DNA of 57,986 bases from assembly GCA_964545425.1 (NCBI GenBank), contig CAZJGQ010000001.1:1-57986 (forward strand), read 5' to 3'. The translations under genes and the position numbers were made by a program. Of this stretch, positions 28,501 to 37,348 are shown piece by piece; position 1 is the stretch's first letter, and each line of letters starts with the position of its first letter. The notes beneath the pieces were generated by a model. The model had not been told where the DNA came from. It worked only from the letters and a program-made list of their open reading frames with translations, and ran no database searches. Origin of the DNA: an uncultured Chthoniobacter sp. GTDB lineage: Bacteria; Verrucomicrobiota; Verrucomicrobiia; Chthoniobacterales; JACTMZ01.

Positions 28501-29464
28501 AAGCGGTGATTTCCTCGTCGCGAGCTTCGACCGCATCGATCTGCCGCAGACCGGCCTCACCATTGAACTGCACCACAGGATATTTTTTTGGCGAATCTGG
28601 AACAGTGACCTCGGCGTAGACCGGAGCCTCATCAAGCATCGGGGGCGCTGCATCCGGCGCAAAGCGCAGCCCCCATCCGGAGTCCTTCCATTCGCGCACG
28701 GCATCTCCGGGTTTCAAGCCGGTCTTGGCAAGATCCTCCGCCTTCAACCAAGCCTTGAGCGCCCAACGGTTCGGGTCGTTCCGCGCGGGGTCACGGCGCT
28801 CCGGGAAATCTCCCTTCAGCTGCAGCGCGTTGAAAATGACACCCGGAAAGACGGCCACGTCCGCCGGATCGAGAGCAATGTTGAGCCGGCCTTCGCTGTC
28901 AGCCGTAACGGCGCTGAATTCGACAAAGTCCGTCCCCGCGGCAAAAGGTCTGCCGGCCGAGCCTCGGGCGGCTTTTGCCGGACCGCCATTCACGGTGAAC
29001 TTGGCGCCCGCGCCGGCGCGGGAGTTGCTGGCAAACAACCACAGGTCGTATGCCTTGCCCGGTTGCAGTCCTTCGATGGTGACGCCAGAACCTGCGCCTC
29101 CCACGAGGTAGGAATTCAGGATCGCGTTGTCCACGGGCGCGCCATCCGCGGCCGGAAAGTAGTCCGCACCGTTGAACCCGCGGAACTTGATCCGCACGGG
29201 CAGCAGTGTCCTGCCATCGGCGGCGAGGAACTGCGGCGGGCGCCGGATTTCCAAAGCCTTGTTAAACGCGTCGGCGTGGACCGGATTCCAATAGTCCCGC
29301 TCTCCACCGGTAGCGCCGGCCCCGCGATACTCCGGAACCGGCGCATCGGGGCCGCCGGCGGCATTCGCACCGTGGCCGAGAATCTGCACGTTGAGCAGCT
29401 CGCCCCGGACTACGAATGCCGGAAAGAGCAGACAGAAAAAGAGAATCTGCCGTTTCAAGCCCAT
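25595..29464 (-). CDS. large secreted multidomain protein (1289 aa) with a C-terminal F5/8 type C (discoidin) domain
   Basis: The ATG at 29464 gives MGLKRQILFFCLLFPAFVVRG (signal peptide). A ~190-aa N-terminal module is shared with the GH36-like protein at 34545..37283. It also has a LamG-like segment (GEIAEVIVFARRF), an Asp-box (SVDKGKTW) and a discoidin end (DDWLQIDL...SDDGFTWADV...ARYIRLYL...INELELY). Confidence 0.8.
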   Translation of the reverse strand: MGLKRQILFFCLLFPAFVVRGELLNVQILGHGANAAGGPDAPVPEYRGAGATGGERDYWNPVHADAFNKALEIRRPPQFLAADGRTLLPVRIKFRGFNGADYFPAADGAPVDNAILNSYLVGGAGSGVTIEGLQPGKAYDLWLFASNSRAGAGAKFTVNGGPAKAARGSAGRPFAAGTDFVEFSAVTADSEGRLNIALDPADVAVFPGVIFNALQLKGDFPERRDPARNDPNRWALKAWLKAEDLAKTGLKPGDAVREWKDSGWGLRFAPDAAPPMLDEAPVYAEVTVPDSPKKYPVVQFNGEAGLRQIDAVEARDEEITAYIIFRTKDSPKWKKILARRHGALCTYDGDVSSPRVPRGYHTAYRENGLRLAAADKLPLAITGHQGEYNRDTRFEGEIAEVIVFARRFESPDDQGLNEEVQAIENYFNTKYFKPDDKATASVAPWQPAPRVAAAPSPAPEPGSPDKGEGIGLSGPNIFSMAAGGKPGPFEYAAGDVTLPFSYEAEVSDRPRPKPLDFPGQLNPDCCHAFVRMDGELWMFRIDFIADKGRIGRFKGPDIDNMTKLEDGTYPPEVGLGWLLGGLWYDQAERKLYAPVHIEQEGNYRFHPAWGWFSRKIGLATSVDKGKTWKYEGDIITPETYYYTRDAYKFSGGDTSNGIADFGFYVDTRGGYFYIYPLESWYPKGEWGARWAPRVARCAISDKMAPGKWSYFYEGKWDQPALGGKSSIVGASAFWGILYSTKLKRYISIAPYNKDPWWPPFGYNVDGVIIGTCTDLSKQDWVWGHFPEGMHGFMKLFNAGGNDIETCDDRLRFYSFFADNSYQNLDITLFDKPMSVNQPTPRFGFQPNPESSDPILSRRTKIVGSASSEMKYSGEWEVKENPKEYYEGRLNESSTAGSSVEFSFTGPDIYWRALRSPESGKADVYIDGELSKTVDCYSPRATVSENFVFVKTGLDPDKPHTIKVVVKGEQHPKSKGSAIGHMAFEFAADSSRASFGFSSIMGKNNWRYLERAGDKENRLRFLASDEVFTRDWQGEKEVRIGDSYQIAEPGRDAVRQWVAPHAGTVRVEGHVTEESPALASASLLKNAEKLWHAEAGAKDADAAHDLTVEVAQGDTLNFVVAATGDQAGKLAWDPVITYTRSEPAVEKPNAPGEENLALGKYARSKLLSFATQPFNAVDEDPRSAFAIYADDRIASGDDWLQIDLERPCTIDRYVLVSTPPVAEWRPSNFSLQKSDDGFTWADVEKVSDNKEDRVDRSVPPFTARYIRLYLPEGKPFYINELELYRGGPSR

Positions 29465-29477
29465 GATAGAAGCTCCG

Positions 29478-30275
29478 CTATTTGGAGTCGGTCGCAAGGT
29501 AGTCGTGCAGCACCACTCCCCCGATGAGGGAAAAGGCTCCGGTCCAATAGTAGGCATCCATCTGCTCGCGAACGGGCAGGCGATACATGGGAACGGTCGC
29601 GTGCGGGTGGATTTCAGCGGTGCCCGTGCCCCCGAAGCACTGCGTGATGTCCATGTCCACAAAGTCCCGCGCCGTCAACTGCCGCACCGCGTAGCCGCCA
29701 TGGATGTGCGGCATGATCTTCAAATTGATGTTGGTCACGGGATTGACGTAGCGGCAGACCTCGTCGAAATCCGTCCGGCGGGCCTTGTAATGCATCGTGC
29801 CGGTGAAAACCGTGATGCCGTTGGCGATGACCTGCGCGAGGAAAATATCCCCGCGGGCCTCGAGAGTGACGGTAGCGAAACGTTTGGGTTGACCATGGAA
29901 CTCGCGCCCACCGGCCATGGCACGATCGTTGTCCACGTAGAAATAGGGCGAGTAAGCACCCGTCACGGTTTTCCCGCCGGCCTTGTAACGCGCGGCGACC
30001 ATGATGTTGGCCTCGTAAGTGTTCCGTCCCATTCCCGGCACGTCTCCCCACCGGCCGATTTGCACCATGACCACGTCGTTCACCGGCTCGAGCGGCGGCG
30101 GCAGCAGGTTCACGATGGCCGACAGGTCCGTGCGGTAGAGAATGGCCAGCACCTCGCAATCGGAAAACCGGGCCGGAGGACGACCGTGCATGGGCGCATC
30201 CATCGGAATGGAGTGCGCGGTGAGCGCCTTGTGGGGGATTGCCGCTTTGTTTGCAGGAGTTTTTTTATTTTTCAT
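29478..30275 (-). CDS. acetoacetate decarboxylase (ADC) family protein
   Basis: The ATG at 30275 overlaps the upstream stop (ATGA). The family is assigned from overall ADC-like sequence pattern (SPYFYVDNDRAMAGGREFHGQPKRF...). This is a moderate-confidence call. Confidence 0.65.
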   Translation of the reverse strand: MKNKKTPANKAAIPHKALTAHSIPMDAPMHGRPPARFSDCEVLAILYRTDLSAIVNLLPPPLEPVNDVVMVQIGRWGDVPGMGRNTYEANIMVAARYKAGGKTVTGAYSPYFYVDNDRAMAGGREFHGQPKRFATVTLEARGDIFLAQVIANGITVFTGTMHYKARRTDFDEVCRYVNPVTNINLKIMPHIHGGYAVRQLTARDFVDMDITQCFGGTGTAEIHPHATVPMYRLPVREQMDAYYWTGAFSLIGGVVLHDYLATDSK

Positions 30276-31351
30276 GAAAGTTGAGGCTTCGAGCCCAGCA
30301 GCACTTCGGCCAGACGCGCGATGATTTTCGGACGGCCGCGGAAGGCCCAGACCTGCGAGATATCCGTGCAAGTGGTAAGGCCGGTGTCCGCTCCGATGGC
30401 CGGGGAGTGGTGTTCGATCTCAGCGAAAGACCCGATGTCCTTCTCCGACACTTTGCACGCTTGCACCGCGTCGCCACGCGCGCTCTCGTCATCAAAAGGC
30501 GTGTCCACATACTCACCGGACGGATCAACGAAGAAATTGCGCACAATGAGATCCCATCCACCCTCCCCGTTTTTCCGAATATAGCCCATGCGTCCGGTGA
30601 GATGGATGGCGTGAACGGCAATCTTTGCCGTGGTGGCCGAACGCATGCGGTAGCGGATGCAATGCGCCTCGCAACGCACATCACCGCGCGGAACTTTTCC
30701 GAAAATCACCTTGGGCGTCACGCGCGTGTTCGTGGGGAGAATCATCTCGCCGTCCGGAGGAAGTTGCAGGAGTTGCCACAATCCGATGGGCACGCGCGAA
30801 TTCCGCGGTTCGCGCAAGATGGTCAGGGTCGACCGTGTGGTGTAGCCGGCAAAAGCGTAGGACCCCTTCACGTCAGCCTCGTAGCGGAATGGATCCGCCG
30901 CGGGGTGGATTGTTTTTTCCATGGCCAATTCGACAGTTTGCTTGCGCCGCCGCAACTCGATCTTCGGACGATTGGTCAGTTTGAGGCCGCCCTTGATCTC
31001 GCGGCAGGAGTAGTTGCCCGGATCCACAGCAACCGGCTCGCGCCACGTTTCCCAAAAGCGGCTAAGATCGGAAATAAACAGCTCGGTGGTGGGAGAAAGC
31101 CAGGTGCGATCGCCTCCGGGGTTCGGCCAGCGTGATTCGTCGTAAAGACGCCGGATGCTGTCGGCGGAACGCAGCGCGTCGTGCGTCCAAAAAAAACTCT
31201 CGTTGGAGCCTTTCGGATAAAGCCCGATGACCCGACCGCCCTGCGGCAAGACGAGAAGATTTCCCTCGTGCAGGTTCAGGCAATGCACCGGACGTCCTGA
31301 GCGTTCTAGATTCGAACAGAGTTGGCGAAGTGTGAGGGGGTTCGTCTTCAT
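30272..31351 (-). CDS. conserved protein of unknown function, 359 aa (paralog of 43939..45012)
   Basis: Collinear similarity to the 357-aa ORF (LLVLPxGGR, FYWT, GGDRTWLxPE, DPGNY, NPSGEYVD, AVQAC, QVWAxRG). No catalytic family was recognised. Confidence 0.7.
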   Translation of the reverse strand: MKTNPLTLRQLCSNLERSGRPVHCLNLHEGNLLVLPQGGRVIGLYPKGSNESFFWTHDALRSADSIRRLYDESRWPNPGGDRTWLSPTTELFISDLSRFWETWREPVAVDPGNYSCREIKGGLKLTNRPKIELRRRKQTVELAMEKTIHPAADPFRYEADVKGSYAFAGYTTRSTLTILREPRNSRVPIGLWQLLQLPPDGEMILPTNTRVTPKVIFGKVPRGDVRCEAHCIRYRMRSATTAKIAVHAIHLTGRMGYIRKNGEGGWDLIVRNFFVDPSGEYVDTPFDDESARGDAVQACKVSEKDIGSFAEIEHHSPAIGADTGLTTCTDISQVWAFRGRPKIIARLAEVLLGSKPQLS

Positions 31352-32163
31352 GATGCGGATTTGTTCGGGGCGGTTTCGGGGTAGACAAAAAACTTTCCAC
31401 GCTCGAGTTCGCGATAGATGCCACCGCGATCAAGCACCATGAGATTAATGTGGAGATACTTCGGCGCGATGGTGTTGTCCGGGAACAGGTCATGGTGACC
31501 CGGGATGGCGATTTTTACCCCGAGGTCGCGGGCCAGCCTCGCCGCCTGCCCCGGGTCCATGTTTCCGAACGGATTGATCACGGTGACGAGCACATCGGGT
31601 GCGTGCGGGCGGACGTAATCGGCGAGATTCTCGTGATACCTCGTGTCGCCGGTGAAATAAACCGAGGGACCATTTTTGACCGACACGAGGAAGCCCATGT
31701 GGGTGAGGTCGTCGGCACCGAAGGGAATGGCGAAAGTTCCGCGCACCGTGAATTCGCCGATCTCCACAACTTTGTTCGGCCACATCATGCGCAGTTCCTG
31801 CGCGGGAACTCCCAGCCGCTCGAGTTTTTCAATGGTTTCTGCCGGCGCGAAAAACGGACCGCGTCCGCCGGCGGCGCGATACGGAACGATGGTCTCGGGG
31901 TCGAGATGGTCTTCGTGCCCGTGGGTCAGCAGACAGCCGTCGACGCCCACCAAATCCGCCGGCGTAAGCGGAGGCGGAAATTTCCTGTCCATATTGATGC
32001 CCGCCTTTTCACCAAGGGCCTTGCACGCGTTGGACAAGTAAGGATCGAGGGCCAGAACTGTGCCGGAAGGAGATTTGAGGATGTAGCTAGATTGACCGAG
32101 CCAGCAAATGCCGATCGAGCGTTCGGGAACTTGGAAGGCGAGCAATGCTGTTGGCTGCGTCAT
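31348..32163 (-). CDS. MBL-fold metallo-hydrolase (UlaG/lactonase-like)
   Basis: LTHGHEDHLD motif. The stop overlaps the next gene's start (ATGA). It is the first gene of a four-gene minus-strand operon. Confidence 0.75.
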   Translation of the reverse strand: MTQPTALLAFQVPERSIGICWLGQSSYILKSPSGTVLALDPYLSNACKALGEKAGINMDRKFPPPLTPADLVGVDGCLLTHGHEDHLDPETIVPYRAAGGRGPFFAPAETIEKLERLGVPAQELRMMWPNKVVEIGEFTVRGTFAIPFGADDLTHMGFLVSVKNGPSVYFTGDTRYHENLADYVRPHAPDVLVTVINPFGNMDPGQAARLARDLGVKIAIPGHHDLFPDNTIAPKYLHINLMVLDRGGIYRELERGKFFVYPETAPNKSAS

Positions 32164-32452
32164 GAATGAGAGAAGTTAAAGGCGAGCGCCATGCCGCTCG
32201 TGGGGGGACAACTCATGAGTTATCGACAAGCATCCTGACATGGCAACCGAAACCCAACCGCCTCTTTTGCGGACATATTCTCCGGTTTTTGTCCGCGTCG
32301 AAGCCGGCAGACCGAAGCATGACAGGCTCCCAATATAGGTGGTAAACGGTCGGAAAAAAGGTGTCGCGCACCCGGCTTGCCACTTAGATTTTCTCTCACC
32401 GCTGCCCAGTCTCAGGATGCGGCCTTCATTCACCCCCCCACCTACCCCCTCC

Positions 32453-33493
32453 ATGGATAACCAAACAATCTTGGGAATCGTCGTTGTTTCGCTGGCCGGT
32501 CTCTTTATCGGCAGCGGTGCATGGCCGATGAAGATGATCAAAACCTTCAAGTTCGAGCACTGGTGGTTTGTCGGCATGCTCACAGGCCTTTTCATTCTGC
32601 CGTGGGCGGTCACGCTGGCAGCTTGCCCGAATGCCTTCAAGGCGTTCGCCAGCGTGCCGACCGAGGTCTATATCAAGTCAAACCTTTGGGCCACGGCATG
32701 GGGCGTTGCCAATGTGCTCTGCGGCCTGTGCTTCGTGCGCATTGGCGTGGCTCTGACCGGTGCCATTCTCACCGGCCTTGGCGTTTCCATCGGAGTCACT
32801 TTGCCAATGATCGTCAAGGGCTCGGGCCTGTTCCAAGACGCGCCGAATCTCGGGTCGCCGGCGGGCCTCACCGTTCTGCTCGGCGTTGCGGTGATGCTCG
32901 TGGGTGTCGGCTTCGCCTCGGCCGCGGGATTCGGGCGCGATCAAGTCCTCAAGAAGAGCGAGGAACGCTCGGGAAGTTTTCTCGGCGGATTGATCATGGT
33001 CGTGCTCGCCGGGATAATGTCTGCGGGAATCAGCCTGGCTTTTGTCTACGGTCAGGGTCCGGTCGTGGCCGCCCTCAAAGGCGAGGGAGCCGGGGAGATC
33101 TCCGCCACTTTCGGCGTCTGGGCGACAGCCCTAGTTGGCGGCACGCTGGTCAACGTGATTTATCCTGCCTGGCTAATCACCAAAGGCCGTTCTTGGAATG
33201 TTTTCGCCCAATCGGGCCGTGATCTGATCCTTGCCGCCATCATCGGCGTGAATTTTGCCGCCGGCATTGTCCTGATGGGAAATGGCATGCTCATGCTCGG
33301 TGCCTTAGGTGCTTCGGTCGGTTTCGGAATCCAGCAGGCTTCCCAAATGCTCGGAGGCCAAGGCCTGGGATTCTTGAGCGGAGAGTGGAAAGGCGTTTAC
33401 GGCAAACCGCGGAACCTCATGTTTGTCGCCATCGCCCTTCTCATCGTCGCCGCAGTCATCATGGCAATGGGAAATACCCAATCCAAAGTTTGA
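32453..33493 (+). CDS. rhaT: L-rhamnose/H+ symporter family transporter
   Basis: The ATG at 32453 gives a ~346-aa protein with about 10 TM segments. It is collinear with E. coli RhaT blocks (ILPWA, WG.AN...G, AG.MSAG.S.AF, GEWKG). Confidence 0.75.
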   Translation: MDNQTILGIVVVSLAGLFIGSGAWPMKMIKTFKFEHWWFVGMLTGLFILPWAVTLAACPNAFKAFASVPTEVYIKSNLWATAWGVANVLCGLCFVRIGVALTGAILTGLGVSIGVTLPMIVKGSGLFQDAPNLGSPAGLTVLLGVAVMLVGVGFASAAGFGRDQVLKKSEERSGSFLGGLIMVVLAGIMSAGISLAFVYGQGPVVAALKGEGAGEISATFGVWATALVGGTLVNVIYPAWLITKGRSWNVFAQSGRDLILAAIIGVNFAAGIVLMGNGMLMLGALGASVGFGIQQASQMLGGQGLGFLSGEWKGVYGKPRNLMFVAIALLIVAAVIMAMGNTQSKV

Positions 33494-33499
33494 GCACGC

Positions 33500-33515
33500 G
33501 CCCGGATGGCCGGGC
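33500..33515. terminator. GC hairpin between convergent rhaT and SDR genes
   Basis: GCCCGG-ATGG-CCGGGC is a perfect 6-bp stem. No U-tract is present. Confidence 0.3.
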
Positions 33516-33568
33516 TGGATTCACTCGTCGTTCCCTCAGCTAAACCGACCCGGACTCCTGTAGACAAT

Positions 33569-34396
33569 CTATAGGTAGTCCTTCCCGAATTGGGCGGTCG
33601 AGCGGGTCCGGAAATCGGAGATGAGGGACATCAACGATGTTGTCCCACCGTCGGCAACAATAGTCTGGCCGACAACGTAGCCGCTGTCTTCCGAGCAAAG
33701 AAAAACCGCGAGTTTTCCTATTTCGTGTTTGTGACCGGATCGGCCTAAAGGAACTTTGTCCGCCGCAGCCTTCTTGGCATCCTCCTCGTTGAATCCCGGT
33801 AGGGCCTTGTAGTAACTCTCCACCGTCACCCAACCGGGAGCAATGGCGTTCACGCGGACGCCCTTGTGCGCCAACTCAATGCCGATGGTCCGGGTTTGCG
33901 CAATAATCGCGCCCTTCGTTCCGGCGTAGATCGCATGCTCCGGCGCGCCCGACAGCCCGTGGATGGAGGTGATGTTGCAGACTGTCCCCTCGCCCTGGCG
34001 GCCGACAATATGCGCCGCGAACTTCTGCATCAGAAAAAATTGGGCGCGCACGTTGACGTTGTAGATTTTTTCGAACTCGGTTGGCGTGTTTTCCAAGAAT
34101 GGACGGTTGAGGCAAATGCCGGAATTGTTGACGAGACAGTCCAGCCCACCGAAAGCCTCGAGAGCCTTATCAGCGAGGGCAAAAGTTTGGTCGAGATTGC
34201 TCAAGTCGGCTTGAACAACTGCAACTTTCCGGCCGAGGTCCTCGATTTCCTTCCTCGCGGAGTCAGCGGGGGAACTGGAGTAGTGGAGAACGATATCGGC
34301 ACCCTGCCGCGCAAATTCGAGGGCGATCTCGCGGCCAAGGCCGGTTCCTGAACCTGTCACCAACACGCGTTTGCCTTGCATTTTATGGTTCTGCAT
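33569..34396 (-). CDS. short-chain dehydrogenase/reductase (SDR)
   Basis: VTGSGTGLG, NNSG and YAGTKGA (YxxxK). The start could be 34396 or 34381. Confidence 0.9.
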   Translation of the reverse strand: MQNHKMQGKRVLVTGSGTGLGREIALEFARQGADIVLHYSSSPADSARKEIEDLGRKVAVVQADLSNLDQTFALADKALEAFGGLDCLVNNSGICLNRPFLENTPTEFEKIYNVNVRAQFFLMQKFAAHIVGRQGEGTVCNITSIHGLSGAPEHAIYAGTKGAIIAQTRTIGIELAHKGVRVNAIAPGWVTVESYYKALPGFNEEDAKKAAADKVPLGRSGHKHEIGKLAVFLCSEDSGYVVGQTIVADGGTTSLMSLISDFRTRSTAQFGKDYL

Positions 34397-34544
34397 AAGG
34401 GGATGATTGAGAAGAAGCAGCAGGCTCACCGATCGCTTCTGGGATTACTATTGTTTTTCCAGCGAAAAACATTCGTTTTCGCAATGCGCCCGAGGCACCT
34501 GCGCAACATCAGGATTCGGGAATGATCCAAAGGCAGCCGATCCG

Positions 34545-37283
34545 CTACTGCGCGTTTTGTGGTGACGTTTTCTCGTAAGTGTAGATGACCGCGCCGGGTT
34601 TGGTCTGGATCTTGATCGGAAGACCGTTTTGCAAAAGTTCGGCCCCGCTAAAGGTCTGGCTTCCCTCGATATCCACGTTGCGGACGGTGTAGCTCGCCTC
34701 GGGATCCAATCCCCTGAGGGGAAACACAGCCGCGACAAACGGCGAGTCCTGCCGGCGAAAGACCTGAACCATGCCTTTGCCCAACTCCGGCCGGTCAAAT
34801 TGCCAAGCCATCCAATCGCTGTTTTCCAAGGTGTAAGGTGTGAGCGGATAGTAATCCCCGTAGTAGTTCGGCGCCAACTCACGCCATTGCTTGAACAGGA
34901 CGCGCAGCCTCGCGAAATCCACCTCGGAGTTCATGGAGTCGATGCCCGAGGCAAAGTGCGAACACATGGCGCTGCGGAACAGATAGTCGGTCCAGATTTT
35001 GTCGCTCTCGCCCGGCGGCGGCAAGTAAGGCGTGTTGGGAAAAATAGCCGAACCCCTCAGCGAGACGATGTCGGCCAGCCCGGTGCCGTTGTAAGGATAC
35101 CAAAACGACAATCCATAAGTTTGCCCCTGGAGCCCGGTCGGCTCGAAAACATAGTCGCTGCGCAAGAAGGGAAGTGCCCGGCTGATCGCCTCGAGGTCGT
35201 TGCGGCGGCCGCCGCTGGCGCACGTATCGATGATGAGCCCGGGGTGACGGGCCCTCAAATCGTCCCAGAACTTCAAGTAGCCCTGCACGTGCAAGTTTTC
35301 CGTGAGTCCCGTGCGGCCCGGCTTGTCCACCGACTGCCAGTAATAGAGTGGATCCATGTTGAAATCCTGCCGGTAGATATCGATCTTTTCGCTCGTCAGC
35401 AGGCTGCTCACGCGGTCGGTGATCCATTCCCGCGCCTCCGGGATGCCGAGGTTCAAAAGCCGCCAGTCACGATCTTTTTGGAAGCCGAGTTCCGGCGGCA
35501 GGTTGACGGGTGCCAATAACCACTCAGGATGATCGCGGGACAATTCGGTGCCGGGCGAAACGCGTTCCGGCTCGAACCAAAGAATGGTGCCGACGCCCTT
35601 GCTTTTGGCATGGTCGGAAATTTCGACGAGCCCGTTGGGGAAGCGCTTTCTGTCCACCTTCCACGTCCCGGTTTGCACCCACGAACCATCGCCCTCATAC
35701 CAACCGGCGTCCATCCACCAAAAGTCGGGGCGGATTTCTTCTTTGAGCCATCCATCAATGTAGTCCTTCTGGTTCTGCGTCGTGGCCTTCTCCATTTCGT
35801 GAGTCTGGTGCGAGGTGTTCGGCGTAAGAAGCGGGCCGGGCAGCTTCCCGTCGATGCGAGGGATGACGTGGGCGATCGCCCAACGCCGCCAAAGGTTCTG
35901 ACCGTCGATCCAATCGCCGGAATAAAGCAGGAGAACCATGCGCGGGGTGCGAATGCTTTCACCCGGCTCCAGCACAGTGCTCAGCGACTGCTGGCCGGCT
36001 TTGATGGAGAGGCGGGAACCGAACTCCTTGCGCGAAAAAACCGTTTCCCATTGGCCCGGCCAGCCAATCGCAACAATCGCGCCTCCGGTTTTCCATGCGA
36101 CATTGAAAAACGGGAGGTGCGCCATGGCAGCACGTCCGCCACTGGCGGCGAGGGCGAACGTGCCGTCGGGTTCGAGCGGTTGCGTCTTCGGCGCGAAGTC
36201 GTCTATCTGCGTTCGGCTGCCCAGTTGATAGTGAAGCAGGTAGCCATTGCGCGGGAGGCCGCGGATCTGCCCGTCAAAACCGCTCAATTCGGAGATCAGC
36301 GGCGTCTTTTCTTTCCCCGTGTTGGTCAGCGTTGCCACCCATTCGGCCGCGGGGAAATCCTCAAAAACACGTGATCGTAGCTCGACCACGAGGCCGGTTT
36401 TGGGATCTGCCCAACGGGAGACCGTCGTGGCCGGCGAACCCTCGACCGCTTCGCTCGTAAAATTCCAACTCCCCGCCAACTCACGGAACGACTTGTCCCC
36501 GTAACGAAAGTCGATGGGCAACTCGCCGGAGAAAGTTGAAGCACTTGGCGGCGGCAATGTCGCGGCGGCCCAGCGCCCAATCGCTCCTTCTGCTTGGGCC
36601 CGTGCCGGAACGTTGAAGGGACCTTCGATTTGGAGACCATTGAGCACGGACGGTCCCGAGCCCGGCAGAATCTCGAGGACCAATCGTCCAGAGGAGTCCG
36701 CTTGCGCTGATGCAAACTCCAAATAGTCCTCACCCTTTGAGGGAAAAGGAGCGTTGCCCGTGCCGGTGGCTCGCGCGGACTGATCCCCGCTCGGCCGCGC
36801 CAAGACGCCGGCCCCCGAGCGGGAATTGCTCCCGAACAAAACAACGCGATAGTTCGCCCCGGGAACAAGGCGGGATAATGTTAACGAGGCCGGCCTACCC
36901 GACGCGACGATGTAGGCATTGAGAAGCGGCTGCTCGACCTTGCCTCCTTGTGCCGGAGGGAAGCAGTCCGCGCCCGCAAAACCAAGGTAATCGAGTTCCA
37001 AAGCCACCGGAGTTTTTCCGTCGTCGGCAACGAAATTCGAGGGAGGCTCGATGAAAAACGGGGTCTGATAACTCCCGGCAACGATCGTGTTCCAATGAAT
37101 TCCGCTGCCCAGAACTCCGGGCCCGGAATAAACAAGTGGCTCAGGATCCGCCGCACCTTGGGGCGTTCCTCCGCGGCCGGCGAATTGAAGGTTCACTACC
37201 GCCTGATCGGCCGCGCCGGCGGGCAGACAGGTCCAGAAAAGCAAAAGACCGAGAGTAACAAATCTACCGGCCGGCTGAATCAT
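34545..37283 (-). CDS. secreted GH36-like (clan GH-D) alpha-galactosidase with an extra N-terminal ~190-aa module, 912 aa
   Basis: The ATG at 37283 is followed by a signal peptide. The catalytic-domain blocks FWWMDAGWY, YRQDFN and CASGGRRND parallel the GH36 KWDMN nucleophile and SGGGR.D acid/base motifs. The C-terminal two thirds are paralogous to 40836..42923. Confidence 0.75.
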   Translation of the reverse strand: MIQPAGRFVTLGLLLFWTCLPAGAADQAVVNLQFAGRGGTPQGAADPEPLVYSGPGVLGSGIHWNTIVAGSYQTPFFIEPPSNFVADDGKTPVALELDYLGFAGADCFPPAQGGKVEQPLLNAYIVASGRPASLTLSRLVPGANYRVVLFGSNSRSGAGVLARPSGDQSARATGTGNAPFPSKGEDYLEFASAQADSSGRLVLEILPGSGPSVLNGLQIEGPFNVPARAQAEGAIGRWAAATLPPPSASTFSGELPIDFRYGDKSFRELAGSWNFTSEAVEGSPATTVSRWADPKTGLVVELRSRVFEDFPAAEWVATLTNTGKEKTPLISELSGFDGQIRGLPRNGYLLHYQLGSRTQIDDFAPKTQPLEPDGTFALAASGGRAAMAHLPFFNVAWKTGGAIVAIGWPGQWETVFSRKEFGSRLSIKAGQQSLSTVLEPGESIRTPRMVLLLYSGDWIDGQNLWRRWAIAHVIPRIDGKLPGPLLTPNTSHQTHEMEKATTQNQKDYIDGWLKEEIRPDFWWMDAGWYEGDGSWVQTGTWKVDRKRFPNGLVEISDHAKSKGVGTILWFEPERVSPGTELSRDHPEWLLAPVNLPPELGFQKDRDWRLLNLGIPEAREWITDRVSSLLTSEKIDIYRQDFNMDPLYYWQSVDKPGRTGLTENLHVQGYLKFWDDLRARHPGLIIDTCASGGRRNDLEAISRALPFLRSDYVFEPTGLQGQTYGLSFWYPYNGTGLADIVSLRGSAIFPNTPYLPPPGESDKIWTDYLFRSAMCSHFASGIDSMNSEVDFARLRVLFKQWRELAPNYYGDYYPLTPYTLENSDWMAWQFDRPELGKGMVQVFRRQDSPFVAAVFPLRGLDPEASYTVRNVDIEGSQTFSGAELLQNGLPIKIQTKPGAVIYTYEKTSPQNAQ

Positions 37284-37348
37284 ACAAGATGCAGATGCCG
37301 CTCGCGCAACGGTCAAAGTCGCCTCAAGCAGTTCGCGATGGACAATTA

